DNA from: Rhina ancylostomus
Lineage: Eukaryota
Assembly: GCA_030265395.1 (NCBI GenBank)
Contig: JARFYF010000056.1
Coordinates: forward strand, 13,684,618-13,748,617
Direction: 5' to 3'
Length of the DNA: 64,000 nucleotides
Numbering within the stretch: the first letter of the stretch is position 1; each line of letters begins with the position of its first letter. Shown one piece after another: positions 52,341 through 64,000 of this stretch. The translations under genes were made by a program, and so were the position numbers. The notes beneath the pieces were generated by a model that did not search any database, had not been told where the DNA came from, and worked only from the letters and a program-made list of their open reading frames with translations.

Positions 52341-52879
52341 CTTCAATTTCTGTTTCAGTAACACTGTTTGACGGATTATAATTGGACAGAACTCCAGGGA
52401 AAGCTTCCCTTCTCCTGGCGTGAACAATTTGTTATTTTTAAGCTTTCTAACAACAACTTACCTTCATTAGAAAACCCTTTAACATGGGATAAACCACTCC
52501 AAGCTACTTCGCAAGAACAATTATCAAACAAAATTTGTCACCAAACCAGGCATGGTGCTGGTAGGCTATGTAATCAGACAGGTTGCTTTAACTGAGTATT
52601 TTAAAAGATGGATTATGAAATGAGGTTTAGAAAGGGATTGACAAAGCTTAGATTTTAAGCAGTTGAAGACAAGGCAAAGACCAAGGGACCAGAATGGGAG
52701 ACCCTGGAGGGTGGAAGGAAGTGACATGGATGGAAATGGGTGAGTCATAGAAAATGTTAATGTCAAAACAATGAATACAGACCTCGAGTTAGATCTAACC
52801 CCAGCGTTAGGTCTGCACACCTTCAAGACATGAGGAAAGAAAAGACCAAAATAAAACTAATGGGACTTTAACCGAAAAT

Positions 52880-53006
52880 CTAAGAAACTGCAGATGCTGG
52901 AAGTCTAAAATAAAAACAGAAAACGCTGGAAGCCCTCGGCAGGTCAGGTTGCATCTGTGGGAAGAGGAAGAGTTAACGCTTCAGGTCAATGACCCTTCGT
53001 CAGAAC
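52880..53006 (-). mobile_element. Penelope-derived terminal repeat with a hammerhead-like core
   Basis: The - strand reads GTT CTGACGA AGGGTC ATT GACCT GAAG CGTT AAC, followed by the family tail. Confidence 0.7.
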
Positions 53007-53429
53007 ACAGGGCTTGATCCTTTTGCTTTCCACTTTTGCTGAAGGTCGGTTACGGGGGCACATGGGGGCATTTAAACCTGTCTACTCCTGCAAGGTGACG
53101 CATGTCCAAAGTGGTGAGCAGTAACTTAAGGATTGATACCCAGAGACTGAAAGGGATCAACAGTGCTGGGGGAATACTTGGACAGGACAATAGAGATAAA
53201 ATGTTGGAACTGTGCGAGTAGAAACTGCATTAGATTTTGGGAGAGATCTCATTAACAAATGGAGTCTTGCCCTCTGTATTCCAGGATGTTCTGAGGCCTT
53301 TAATAACCAGAGATGTACTTTTGGAGAGCAGTCACTGTTGTAATATCGGAGGAGATGTATCATGAGACCACCGTGTATTTCTGAATCACTTAAAAACATA
53401 TAGTTGCATAAATGGGATAGGGAGTGTGA

Positions 53430-54282
53430 GAATGACAATTCTCACAAAAGACCATAAACAGCAAACAAGCCAAACCTGACACAGTAATCTCAAGCTATGT
53501 TTCATCTTGCATTCCAATAGTGACTGATCTTCGAAAGTGGGTGCAAAGAACCTTGGTCCATCTTTTGTTCTTTCTCTGTTTATTTGCTCCTTCTCTCTTA
53601 AACCCTTGTTGCTCTCCCTCCAGGTGACAGCATTGGGGGTGGGGGGGAGCGCAGATGTTGGGAAACTGTCCACCAGTGCCGACACTATGGGTATTACCCA
53701 ACCGTCCTGTGTTTCCCACCTACTCTGAGTTTACACATCCTTCAACCCATCAATACCCTTAACTCTTGCGTTTTGAGTTACCTGAATATTCTGCAAGATG
53801 GCACAGGAGCATGGTGACTCATGCAAGCTGCTCTCTGCAGATCCACTCATTACCAAGTTCAATTCCAATTCCAATGTGTTTTATTCCTTAGTTTTTTTCC
53901 CTTTACCATCTGTCATNNNNNNNNNNNNNNNNNNNNNNNNNNNCCTCCCACCACCACCCCTTTAACCTTCAGTCTGTTACGACGCTATGTTAATCTCAGA
54001 GGAGTTTTTGAAGAACTCAAGTTGGAAAAAGGAAAGGAATTGCCTTTCTTCCTTCCTCACTAGTTTTGTCATTACTTCTGCATCTCTTTGTATTTTTGTT
54101 TCTCCCCTTCAATGGGAATCTCTCTCCCAAGTTTATGCTCCAAGCTCCAAGGGACAACAAACAGGAGGGAGTTCACTCAGTCTCCCTAACATAACATTGA
54201 GTTTGCAGTCACGATATAGTTTTTTACCCCCGAATGACAATTCTCATAAAAGACCATAAACAGCAAACAAGCCAAACTTGAC
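53430..54282 (+). repeat. 51-bp direct repeat pair (53430-53480 and 54232-54282)
   Basis: gaatgacaattctca(c/t)aaaagaccataaacagcaaacaagccaaac(c/t)tgac, 2 mismatches. Confidence 0.9.
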
Positions 54283-55799
54283 GGATGTACAGAGGAACAG
54301 AAGCTTTTAAAAAAAAACCTTAGGAAACCAATTTGCATACTTTATAAAACTTTGCACAGTCTCCCCTTTTGCTTGGTTTACTGTTAGTTATATGGGAAAA
54401 GTATATAAATGACATAACTTCAAAATCCAAACATTTTAAAATTAATCAAGTTAATAAACGTGCGACTTTCTTCCTTTCACTGCCTCTCTTTCTCACGTTC
54501 TCAATTTCTCTTGCTCTGACATTTTTCTTCCTCATTTTCTCCAAAGTTCTGTGTTTTTATGGCTCTGGATAAGAGCAGCACAGGATTTGGTATTTAACAG
54601 GGGATATAGGAGTAACATCAGTGAAGCTGGCTGAGGAACAGACATGAACTTCTGACCCAGATTGGACATTCTTGAAAACGGCTTGGTCTTGCAGCTTGGC
54701 TTACTGTACACGTTCCCACCAGTCTGAGGAAGAAAGTGAAAGAATTTCCATACAAGACATTTCCTTTACAGCTCCAGTTCCTTCGTTTCCTGAATGGGGG
54801 GGGGGGGGTGAAGAAAAAAACCAATACCACTTTCATAAATCTCCAGGGGGCCCCAGAAGTAGCACTTCAGCATCAGTTTATGTCAAAGTCAGCTTTTGCT
54901 GAGGTTACAGACAGAGGAAATCAAACCGCCAGGGAGAGACCACGTGCAGAGTTCTGTGAAGCATGTTAACTGCATTCTTGTGTGCAGAGATTTTTAAAAT
55001 AAGAGTTCCTCAGTCCATTGGTGAAATTTGTCCTGCTTTCTGTTTGTGGTGCTGGTTCAAAGCCTTGAGTGTGGTCATGTGGGAGAAATTTGCATCCTGA
55101 GCAGTGGATGCCGAAAGGGAATTCCCAAAGGCTGCAAACCCCCTCCAACTGGTGGGGGCATCCTGTTGTTGCAGCTAGGGAAACAAAACCCATGAGCGTT
55201 CTTTCCCCTTTGGACACTATGGCCCCTTTCTCCCCACTTCATGTAGTTGCTGACTGACTCCCAGTGTTTGCTTTGATCAGCACAGCTTGTTCTCACGCGA
55301 GGGACCTTGCATTTCTGGCAGGTGATGGTGAAGNNNNNNNNNNNNNNNNNNNNNNNNNNNNNNNNNNNNNNNNNNNNNNNNNNNNNNNNNNNNNNNNNNN
55401 NNNNNNNNNNNNNNNNNNNNNNNNNNNNNNNNNTTTCTGGCAGGTGATTGTGAAGCTGATGAGGGGTGGGGGGGGGGTCACCTCTTTTAGTGAGACAACT
55501 CCTGGCATTGGAGAACCGTGGACTACAGGCTTAATGACAGTGGTCAGGGGGCCCAGTCTGCATCCCTCCACATCGTCCAGGCCATGAGTCAGATTGATGG
55601 AACAGTGGAAACTCTGTTGACTGGAAATGTATCTACTTCCTATTCTTGCTGAATAAGTTTCTATTTTGGGGAGTGGATCCTCCAAGCATGTAATCCATTT
55701 GAGACCCAACAAAGTCCCATGTCATTCATTAGCATCTGTGCCTTGGAGTCAAAGATCATAAGTTCAAGTCCCAAGAGAGGCACTCTAGGCTGCTACTCC

Positions 55800-56565
55800 A
55801 GTGCAATAGCAACAACTTGTATGTGTATAATGACTTTAACACAAGAGCATCATCAAACAAAATTTGACACTGAACCATGGTCGATGAAGTAGGGTTTTGA
55901 GACATGTCTTAAGGGCAAAAAGTGAGGTGGAGAGAGTTAGGGAGAGAGTTCCAGAGCTTAGACCTTGCAGATGGGGGCATGGTTGACAGTGAAGGAGCAA
56001 TTAAAGACTGAAATGCTTATGAGACCAGCGTTGGTGGTGTACACCCATCTCAGAGGCTAGAAGCAGGTTCCAGAGGTCAGGAGAGGTCTAGGGCTTGGAG
56101 GATGGTACATAAATAGGGAGGGGTGGAGGGGATAAAAATAGAGAGGGTTAAAGAGGTTGAATGGAGTTTACAGAAATAGGAAGCAGTGTAGAGGTTGGAG
56201 GTGGTTGCAGAGCAGAAAGGAGTGTAGAGGCCGCAGGGGTTTACAGAGATTGGGAGAGGTGCAGATGCTGAGGAAGTTACAGAGATAATGAGGGTTTAAG
56301 TTTGCAGGATGCAGAGGTACTGAGAAGTGGAGAGACTGGAAGAGATTGCAGAGTTAGAGAGGGACATCAAGGCTGGAGGAGTTCATGGAGATAGAGGGGT
56401 GACTGTAGTGGCTGCGGAAGGTTGTAGAGGTAGGGACAGACAGAGGTTGGAGTAAATTACAGAGTTCGGGAAGAGTGTCGGGCCTGGAGGAGTGTGAAGA
56501 AAGGGAGGGGTGGGAGCACACAGGATGCTGAAACCAAGGGTGAAAATTGAAATGTTTCTTGACTG
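55800..56565 (-). mobile_element. L2-like fragment with an internal degenerate ~30-bp tandem repeat
   Basis: Recurrent ggaggNggttacagagatagggaggggtgtagaggg-like units, preceded by the reverse complement of an L2 3' tail. Confidence 0.55.
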
Positions 56566-56579
56566 GGAGGCAGTGTTGG

Positions 56580-56862
56580 TCAGCAGGGGTGTGAGTAATG
56601 TGTGAGAGAGGAGGGTGTGAGGGGGGAGTTTGTGCAAGGGCAAGGATGGGAGGGGGAGGGTGTGAGAGAGGGAGGGTGTGACAGGGGGAGGGTGAGATGG
56701 AGGATGAGAGAGGGGAGGGTGTGAGAGGGTGAGGGTGTGAGGGTGGACATTGTGAGGCGGGAGGGTGTGAGAGGGGGTGTGTGTGAGGGGGAAGGCGTGA
56801 GAGGGGGGAGGGTGTGAGGGGGAGTGTGTGAGGCAGGAGGGTGTGAGGGGAGGGTGTGTGGA
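56580..56862. repeat. G-rich low-complexity repeat (GAGGGTGTGA-like units)
   Basis: Directly visible. Confidence 0.85.
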
Positions 56863-57129
56863 ACCACGTGAGGCAGTTTGACCAAGTATTACCGACAGCC
56901 CAGAGGAACTTCAGGTTACACCTGTCATCGATCTCTCCTCTCCCACAAGCTCCCCACTGTCCTTAATTTGGATCTTTACTGACCTGAACCACTTGACCAA
57001 ACTGCCTCACTTAGTTTCACACCCCCTCACCCTCTTGCCTCCTTGGCCCGAAGGACAAGGGCGTACAGGCGGATGGGAAACCATCACATGCAGATTCCTC
57101 TCTGAGCTGAGACAAGGAGACGGGCTGGC

Positions 57130-57972
57130 AGCACAGTGACACAGGCAGTAGAAATGCTGCTCACAGCTCCAGCTTCAGTCTGGTGTTGTTTGTGTGGAGT
57201 TTGCTCACTGTCCCTGTCACCACCTGGTTTCCTTGGGGCGTCCCACGTTCCTCTAGATCCCAAAGATTTTAGNNNNNNNNNNNNNNNNNNNNNNNNNNNN
57301 NNNNNNNNNNNNNNNNNNNNNNNNNNNNNNNNNNNNNNNNNNNNNNNNNNNNNNNNNNNNNNNNNNNNNNNNTTTAAATGAGCATAGAGTCATACAGCAC
57401 GGAAACAGGCCCTTCGGCCCAACTGATCCATGCCAACCAAGATGCCCCATCCAAGCCAGTCCCATTTGTCAGCGTTTGGCCCATAACCTTCTAAACCTTT
57501 CCAACCCATGTACCAGTCGTACTGTATTTTAGAAGTTGTTATTGTACCTGCCTCAACCACTTCCTCTGGCAGCTCATTCCTTGTGGATACCACCCTTTGT
57601 GTTAAAAAATTTGCCCCTCATGTTCCTCTTAAATCTTTCCTCTTCACCTGAAACCTATGCCCTTGAGTTCTTGATTCCCCAAGCCTGGGAAAACCACTGA
57701 GTGCATTCACCCTGTCTATGCCCCTCATGATATTATACACCTCTATAAGATCACCTCAGTCTCCTATGCTCTAAGGAATAAAGTCTTAGCCAGCCCAACC
57801 AGCCTGCACTTTGAATTGCCCCTTTGTAGGTAGATGATAGAATTTGTGTGGAGTGTGAGGAGAATAAAACAGGATTAGTGGAGGATTAGTGTAAAATCGG
57901 ATGCTTGATTTACACTAATCAAGCAGTGTGGATTTAGTGGCTGAAGGGCCTATTTCTGTCCTGTGTGACTCT
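57130..57972 (+). mobile_element. V-SINE split by a CR1 insertion
   Basis: SINE head at 57130-57272 and tail at 57810-57972, on either side of a - strand CR1. Confidence 0.65.
57382..57800 (-). mobile_element. CR1 LINE 3' fragment
   Basis: The - strand gives NELPEEVVEAGTITT..., and the tail catagagtcatacagcacggaaacaggcccttcggccc is present. Confidence 0.9.
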
Positions 57973-60524
57973 GATTCCATGAGTCCTCCATCATTGCTGG
58001 AGCAGCAATGTGGGAGTCCCTTCACCAGAGGAATGTAGGGGCTCTAGAAGGTGGCTCACCACCATCTTTCCAAGGGCAGTTAAGGATGGGCAATGAATGT
58101 CAACCCACCAGAAGTGCCCACATGGCTTAAGTTGAATTTAGAAAAACATTGTGCAAGCTGCCCTTCCTGTGGGGGACTGGTTTGCCCCATGTTCCTGTGC
58201 ATCATGTCAGAGCAGTGGACAAATGGAATCACTGCTGTCTGGTAGAGAGAAACCTGCCGTCTCATTTCTGAGCCCAGCCATCATGTCTGCCTTTCAGCAA
58301 AAGGCTCCGTGGTTCACGCTAACTAGTACGGAGTCTACCAGGCACCCATGTGAGAAATGTTCTTTGTGTAAAGTTATCCTGTCTGATAGTAGTTCCTATG
58401 CCTGGGCAGTGGGGTAAGTGTGAGGAACAAGGGGAATGTGTAAGCATGTTATCCATTCATCTCTGGAAGCTGGCTCTGTATCTGGTGGGGTAGACGTTCC
58501 CAGCTGACTATAAGGGTCCTAAGGAGGAGGGAGGATGGAAGCATTGTTCCTGGGTGTGAGCACCCATGGGCCACAATTAGACACGATATTGGAAGCTTCT
58601 ATGAGAGACCACAAGATGATCAACATGAGAAATGGGAACATTGGCCTGGCCCATTTCAATAGTTGAAGAACAGGGCAATAGAATCCTGGGGCAGGTTATC
58701 AGAAGGTGACTGTTGAACAGAGAGCTGTGGAAGAACAGAATGGCCAGGGATTATTGCTGATGGGGTCACAGTGAGGCAGACAGTATGGATCAATGGACTT
58801 TCATTCCCAAAACACTAGCATGGCACAATATTCCAAAAAAGTCAAAACAGAGCATAATCAAGTGTTAAGGCAGAGATAAAGAGTTGGTGATAAATGGAAC
58901 ATAATTCATGGAGGTTATTTAGTCCCCAATTTAAAACAGTCATTTTGCCCTTGTTTTATGGAATTATAGCTTCCCGTACTTTTCATTAATAACAGCAGCT
59001 ACCTGTGTAAACCTGGACATCAGTGGAGGGTTGAGCCCCTGCATCCACCTACCCTCACCCCACATCCCCTCACAATCTCTCATCTTCAAGGTACAGATCA
59101 GGCAAAATCTAATTAATTGGCAGAATAAACCAGAGGGTCCAAATGACCTTCCAAAAGAGACTGAGTATGGTGGCACTGAGAAGGATGAGAGGTGACAGCT
59201 ACAAAATTAGTGCTCAGTGGGGTTGATGCTGCGAGGCTGGTTCCTTGGGCTGGAGGTAGTAGCCCTGGGTCTATCACTGAGAGGGGAAGAACTTTCCTCA
59301 TTAGTAGGTCACTTGGAAGTCTTAACCCCAGAGGCGTGTGGCTGCCTGCTCATTGAATATACTCATTACTGAGAGGGATGTGTTTTTGCATGTTGAGGGT
59401 GTGGGGGGTTAGGGACCCAGTACGGGAAGTGCTGACGTTGAATGGTAGCACAAGTCTGATGGGCTGGGATGGGGGAGACAAGCTCCTTGTGATATTTCTT
59501 AAGGTTAGGTTCTAACTGTAAGAGCAGCACCCCTCGGCAAATGCAACTTCACTGCCAGTTTTCCAAGCCTGCGCTCCTGCTGTAAATGGAACCATGTGGG
59601 ATCACCGATAGCCTGGAGGAACTTCAGGTTATACTTGCCATCAATCTCCCTATCTCCCAGGGGCTCCACCATGACTTCCTTGTGGCTTTCAGTGTTGCTG
59701 TGGAAACCCAAACTGTCAAGAACGTGCTGGTGGCTGCCACACTGAGGGCTCCTTACAGTGCAGTCTGAATAAACTGGGAGAAGCACAGATTTATAAAAAA
59801 AGCTCTGAACTGGTTCATTTAATTGCTATGCTTAAAATAGTGCAGCTGGATATATTTTGTTCTAGTGGGATCAGCAGTTTTGATAATGAAACAGGGCAGA
59901 CAGTTCAGTAAGTTGGGTTATTAACTCCAGATGTTACTAATATTAAGCAGGCTCTTTGAAGGAAATTGGGATTCTCAGTGTCGTTTAAGAGCTGCTTCAC
60001 CCCCAGACTAAACCTCAACGGAGCATAATGTTAAAAAAAGTGACTTGCTTAAGAAGGGTATTAGTTATAGGAGAGAGCCTGGCTGCAGCTAAGCTATAAT
60101 TCATGGTTTTGTCATTGTGAGCTGTATTCTGTTGGTTGCAGTGTCTGTGGAGGGTGCGCCACTTGGCTAGACGAAAGGAAATTTTAAACTTTTGCACCCC
60201 TGCAGCTAAGAGTGTGCTGACTTGGCAGCGGGACATGGCTGAGTGGGCTCTATTGCTTCCTCAGAAAGGATTAAGGGTGAGATTTCAGTCCACCCAGCTC
60301 ACACATTCTGCCTTGCAAGGTCTCAATGTACAGGCAGTGAGATTCTTTTGAAAAGTAATGACCATTATAGGAGACCCAGTACCCAGTATGAAAGGACTAG
60401 TGCTGATAGCTGTAGGCGAAGCATGGGAGAGAGCTCAGAATGTAACTCCTGTTCTATTCAAAATAATGTCATGGGAGCCCCTATGTCTACCCAAACCTCA
60501 GTTTAAAGTTTCGTCTTCCAACAG

Positions 60525-61005
60525 GTGGCACAGCTAGTAGAGCCACCACCCCATAGCTCCAGAGACCTGGGTTCAATCCTGACCTCGGGTGCTGNNNNNN
60601 NNNNNNNNNNNNNNNNNNNNNNNNNNNNNNNNNNNNNNNNNNNNNNNNNNNNNNNNNNNNNNNNNNNNNNNNNNNNNNNNNNNNNNNNNNNNNNGTGGCA
60701 CAGCTAGTAGAGCCACCACCCCATATCTCCAGAGACCTGGGTTCAATCCAGACCTCGGGTGCTGTCTGTGTGGCATTTGCATGTTCTTCCTGTGATCATT
60801 TGGGTTTCCTCCAGCATCCCAAAACGTGTGAGTCAGTAGGTTTGTTGGCCACTGTATTGATGAGTGATAGAATCTGGGACGAGTTGATGGGAATGTGGGG
60901 AGAATGAAAAATGGGATGAATCTAGGATTAGTGTAAATAGGTGGTTGGTGATCAGTGTGGACCTGTTGGTCTGAAGAGCCCTGTTTCCATGCTGTATCCC
61001 TGTAA
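60525..61005 (+). mobile_element. V-SINE (HE1-like); head duplicated across a gap
   Basis: tRNA-like A/B boxes (gtggcacagctagtagagc...gggttcaatcc), V domain and CR1-like tail (gaagagccctgtttccatgctgta). Confidence 0.85.
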
Positions 61006-61704
61006 CAGTCTAATCCCCCAGTTCTACATGTCCAAGTCCCCGGAGCAGAGCTTGAACCACAGCTTTCTATCTCAAAAGTGAGAGGAATCCCCACTCAACA
61101 ATGGCTGATAATTTACCCGATGACAGTCATTTTTGCTGGGTTTATATCCAATGATTAACTCTTAAACAGAGCCATGAATACCACCAGCCAGTCCCATTGT
61201 GGAATAGGAGAGTGCAGCTGAAGGATTTAGTGGTGTGGGAGAAGTGATCTACCCACCTGGATTTATAAACCAGAGAAAATGAATGCCAATCCTCCATGAC
61301 AATTCAAAGTTCTGAACTCAGACAAAAAAAAATCTGGAAGTAATGTTGGTATCCGCTGTTGAACAGTTGTGATATTACAGCTAATTTACTAATTTCATGT
61401 ATGGAAGAAAATCTGCTGTCTTTATCCAGCTTGGACTTTACGTAACTCCAGTCCCACACCTAGTAAACCACTCACTTATATCAGCCTGTGCAATCACCCT
61501 GCTAAGGACAACAGGGATTGACCATAACTGTTACTTTGCCAGTGACATCCTCTCCCCGAGGCTGAGTTAGAACATATTAATGGAAATTATCTTGAAGGAG
61601 CTGGAGGGTTCCTCAAAAATGCACCAGCCCTTTCCTCGTCAGTGGAAGGGAGCTACTTCCTGCTTCAGGTGGGGCTCAAACACATATATGTGAACCTCAA
61701 GTCG

Positions 61705-62280
61705 CCAAGTCAAGTTTATTGCACAAGTACGGTGAGGTACAATGAAAAACTTGCTTGCAGCAGCATCATAAGCATGTAGATTCAGACAACACACAGAATG
61801 TAAATAATACAGAAATTATACAAGACAGTGAAGAAAAAGACTGCAAAACAAGACATCTATGCAGAAAAAACTCAATCAGAGACAAATCCATGGTAGTGCA
61901 TGAGGTGGTCTGTAGTGTTCTCTTGCTGAGGTAGGGTCAAGGATGTGCAGGTCAGTTCAAGAACCTGATGGTTGTATGAAAGTCGCTGTTCCTGAACCTG
62001 GTGGTGTGGGACTGCAGGCATCTATATCTCCTGCCTGACGGGTTGCAGCAAGAAGAGGGTGTGACCCAGATGGTGTGGATCCTTGATGATAGGTGCCACC
62101 TACTTGAGACAGCGCCTCATGTTGATGCTTTCAATGGTGGGGAGGGCTGTGCTCGTGAGAGACTCCCTGCAACCTCCAGTGCTCCTGTGCTGGGGTAACC
62201 ATCCCAGGCCATGTTGCAATCAGTTAGGATATTTTCAACAGTGCATTAGGTTGGTAGAGTATTTGGTGACATTCTGAATC
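61705..62280 (-). mobile_element. Non-LTR retrotransposon 3' fragment (Rex1/Babar-like)
   Basis: caagtcaagtttattg...gttcaagaacctgatggttg...ctgttcctgaacctggtggtgtggg; related piece at 43700-43815. Family assignment is from recall. Confidence 0.5.
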
Positions 62281-63534
62281 TCCTGTTCAAATCCAATATG
62301 ATCTACTTTATATGCATGTGCTTTCAACCTGCCATGTTGGCACTGAGTCTGAATTACAGCTGAGAAATGAACACTGAATGGACTGATTCAAGGTTTATTA
62401 TTCTGACATCTGTTCTGCTGGCTCATAGAGGAAGCTCATTTACCTGTGCTGCCTCAGGCGTGCCAGTTAATGTTATTAAACATGCCTGATTTCCTCTCTG
62501 GGGGCAGTTTAGTTCCCTGTGTTCCGTGACAGCACCAGGACACCCACCTTTTTAAACTGAACATGTAGGGCCCATGGGGGGTGAGCACCATTCCTTATAT
62601 GGTGTTGTGATATCATCCATTATGGGGCACACCAGTGATGTGACTCGCTGAGCATGCTCGCCATTTGTATAGGAAAAACAGCTTGATTGTCAGGGAAACT
62701 GACCACTTCCACCAAAGTAACTACTCAGTTTTAGTCAGTAAAAAGAAAAGGTTTTGCATGAGGGAGAGTTAAAACTTTTCCAATAAAGCAGCTGGTGGGA
62801 GGTGTACCCACCCTCCCAGAATGCAGTGCACCCCATGCCATAGATGGGGACTTTTCTCTGCTGCTGTGAATTGTGGGAGCTGCAGACCTCCATGGCTGAC
62901 TCGTTAAGTGAGTAAGTCCAAACCCAAGTTTCAAAACGACCACTCTGGTACAGTGCCAGATCCCATGGCTTTCAGCTGCTGACCTGGAGCTGGAGTTACA
63001 CTGCTGCCACTCTGGCTATTTGACTGTCAGTGGCAAAAGTCATCCCAGAGTCCTTCTGCCAAGGGCATGGTATTCATGTCGCTGAATTGTCCATCCAAAG
63101 AGCCCAGACGTGACTACCTAGAGTGAGATGTCAGGCCTGTTGCTGCAGCTGGTTGGTATGGTGTGGAGTTTCTCTACATTGCCTTAGACTGACCTTCCTC
63201 CAGTAGTTCTGTGCTTACCATTACTGAGACTAGTTTTATTTTTAGATTCCAGAGTTACTTAATTACTTAAATTTAAATTAAACAGCTGCCATGGTGGGAC
63301 TTGAACTCTTCTTTCTGGGTCAATCATCCTGAACTTTGGCTGCTGATTCAGTAACTTAACCACTGCACCACCATACAATTTTGTACTCAGTGTCCATTCT
63401 AGTTACTATTCTCAACCAACGCTGCTGGAAGCAGGTTAACCGTTAATTGTTTCACTGTTGTTTGTGGAAGCTCTCTGTGCACAAACTCACTCTCATTCCT
63501 ACTTCATAGTTACCTGCATGGCAGCAACACCTAG

Positions 63535-64000
63535 CTATAGGAAGGATGTCATTAAGCTGGAAAAGGTGCAGAAAAGATTCGTGAGGATGTTACTGGGGCT
63601 TGAGTTATAAAGAGGGCCTGGACAGGCTGGGACTTCTTGCCCTGCAGTACAGGAGGCTGAGGGGTGACCTAATAGATGTTGACAAAATCATGTGGGGCAT
63701 AGATAAGGTGAATGGTCACAGTGTTTCTCCCAGGGTAGGGGAGTCTAAAATTAGAGGGCATAGATTTAAGGTGTGGGGTGAAAGATTTAAAAGGGACCCA
63801 AGGGGCAACTTTTTCACAAAGAGGGCAGTAGGTATATGGAACGAACTGCCAGAGGAAACTGCAGAGGCGGGTACAATTACAATGTTTAAAGGATGTTTAG
63901 ACAGGTACATGGGTAGGAGGGTTTTAGAGGAATATGGGCCAAACACAGGCAAATGGGACAAGTTCAGGTAGACAACTTAGTTGGTATGGATGAGTTGGGC
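63535..64000 (+). mobile_element. CR1 LINE 3' fragment
   Basis: SYKEGLDRLGLLALQYRRLRGDLIDVDKIM...RGHRFKV...WNELPEE. Confidence 0.92.

Noticed and set aside
56020-56500. Regularly spaced repeats resembling a CRISPR array
   Set aside because: The units are degenerate purine-rich tandem copies within an L2-like fragment, with no unique spacers, in a vertebrate intron.
60525-60600. tRNA-like A/B boxes
   Set aside because: They are SINE heads followed by a V domain and do not form a cloverleaf.
23072-64000. Next dnm1 exon (EKEKKYML...) or a nested protein-coding gene
   Set aside because: No matching peptide found in the ORF track or by eye. The remaining ORFs are short, lack recognisable domains, or derive from retroelements. 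The exon is probably beyond the window or in a gap.

Overview
Vertebrate genomic DNA from a gap-rich draft assembly. The repeat content (V-SINE/HE1-like SINEs, Deu-domain SINEs, CR1, L2, Penelope) suggests a cartilaginous fish; this is an inference. The window covers the middle of a + strand dynamin-1 (dnm1) gene: mutually exclusive exons 10a and 10b, stalk exons 11-13, a 12-nt microexon (DEIM) and the first PH-domain exon, which is split by a spurious 100-N gap. A >40 kb intron follows, and I did not find the next exon in the window. That intron carries a miR-199 hairpin on the - strand, the positional orthologue of miR-199b, with no intact miR-214. Nearly all ORFs in the track are spurious or retroelement debris. 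Less obvious signals: (1) Penelope-derived fold-back elements carrying minimal hammerhead-ribozyme motifs; (2) a possible internal promoter and an AG|GT site upstream of the microexon, which has RFX X-box motifs on both sides and an in-frame ATG; (3) an orphan hairpin with partial miR-214/miR-3120 similarity. All calls were made by eye and repeat boundaries are approximate.
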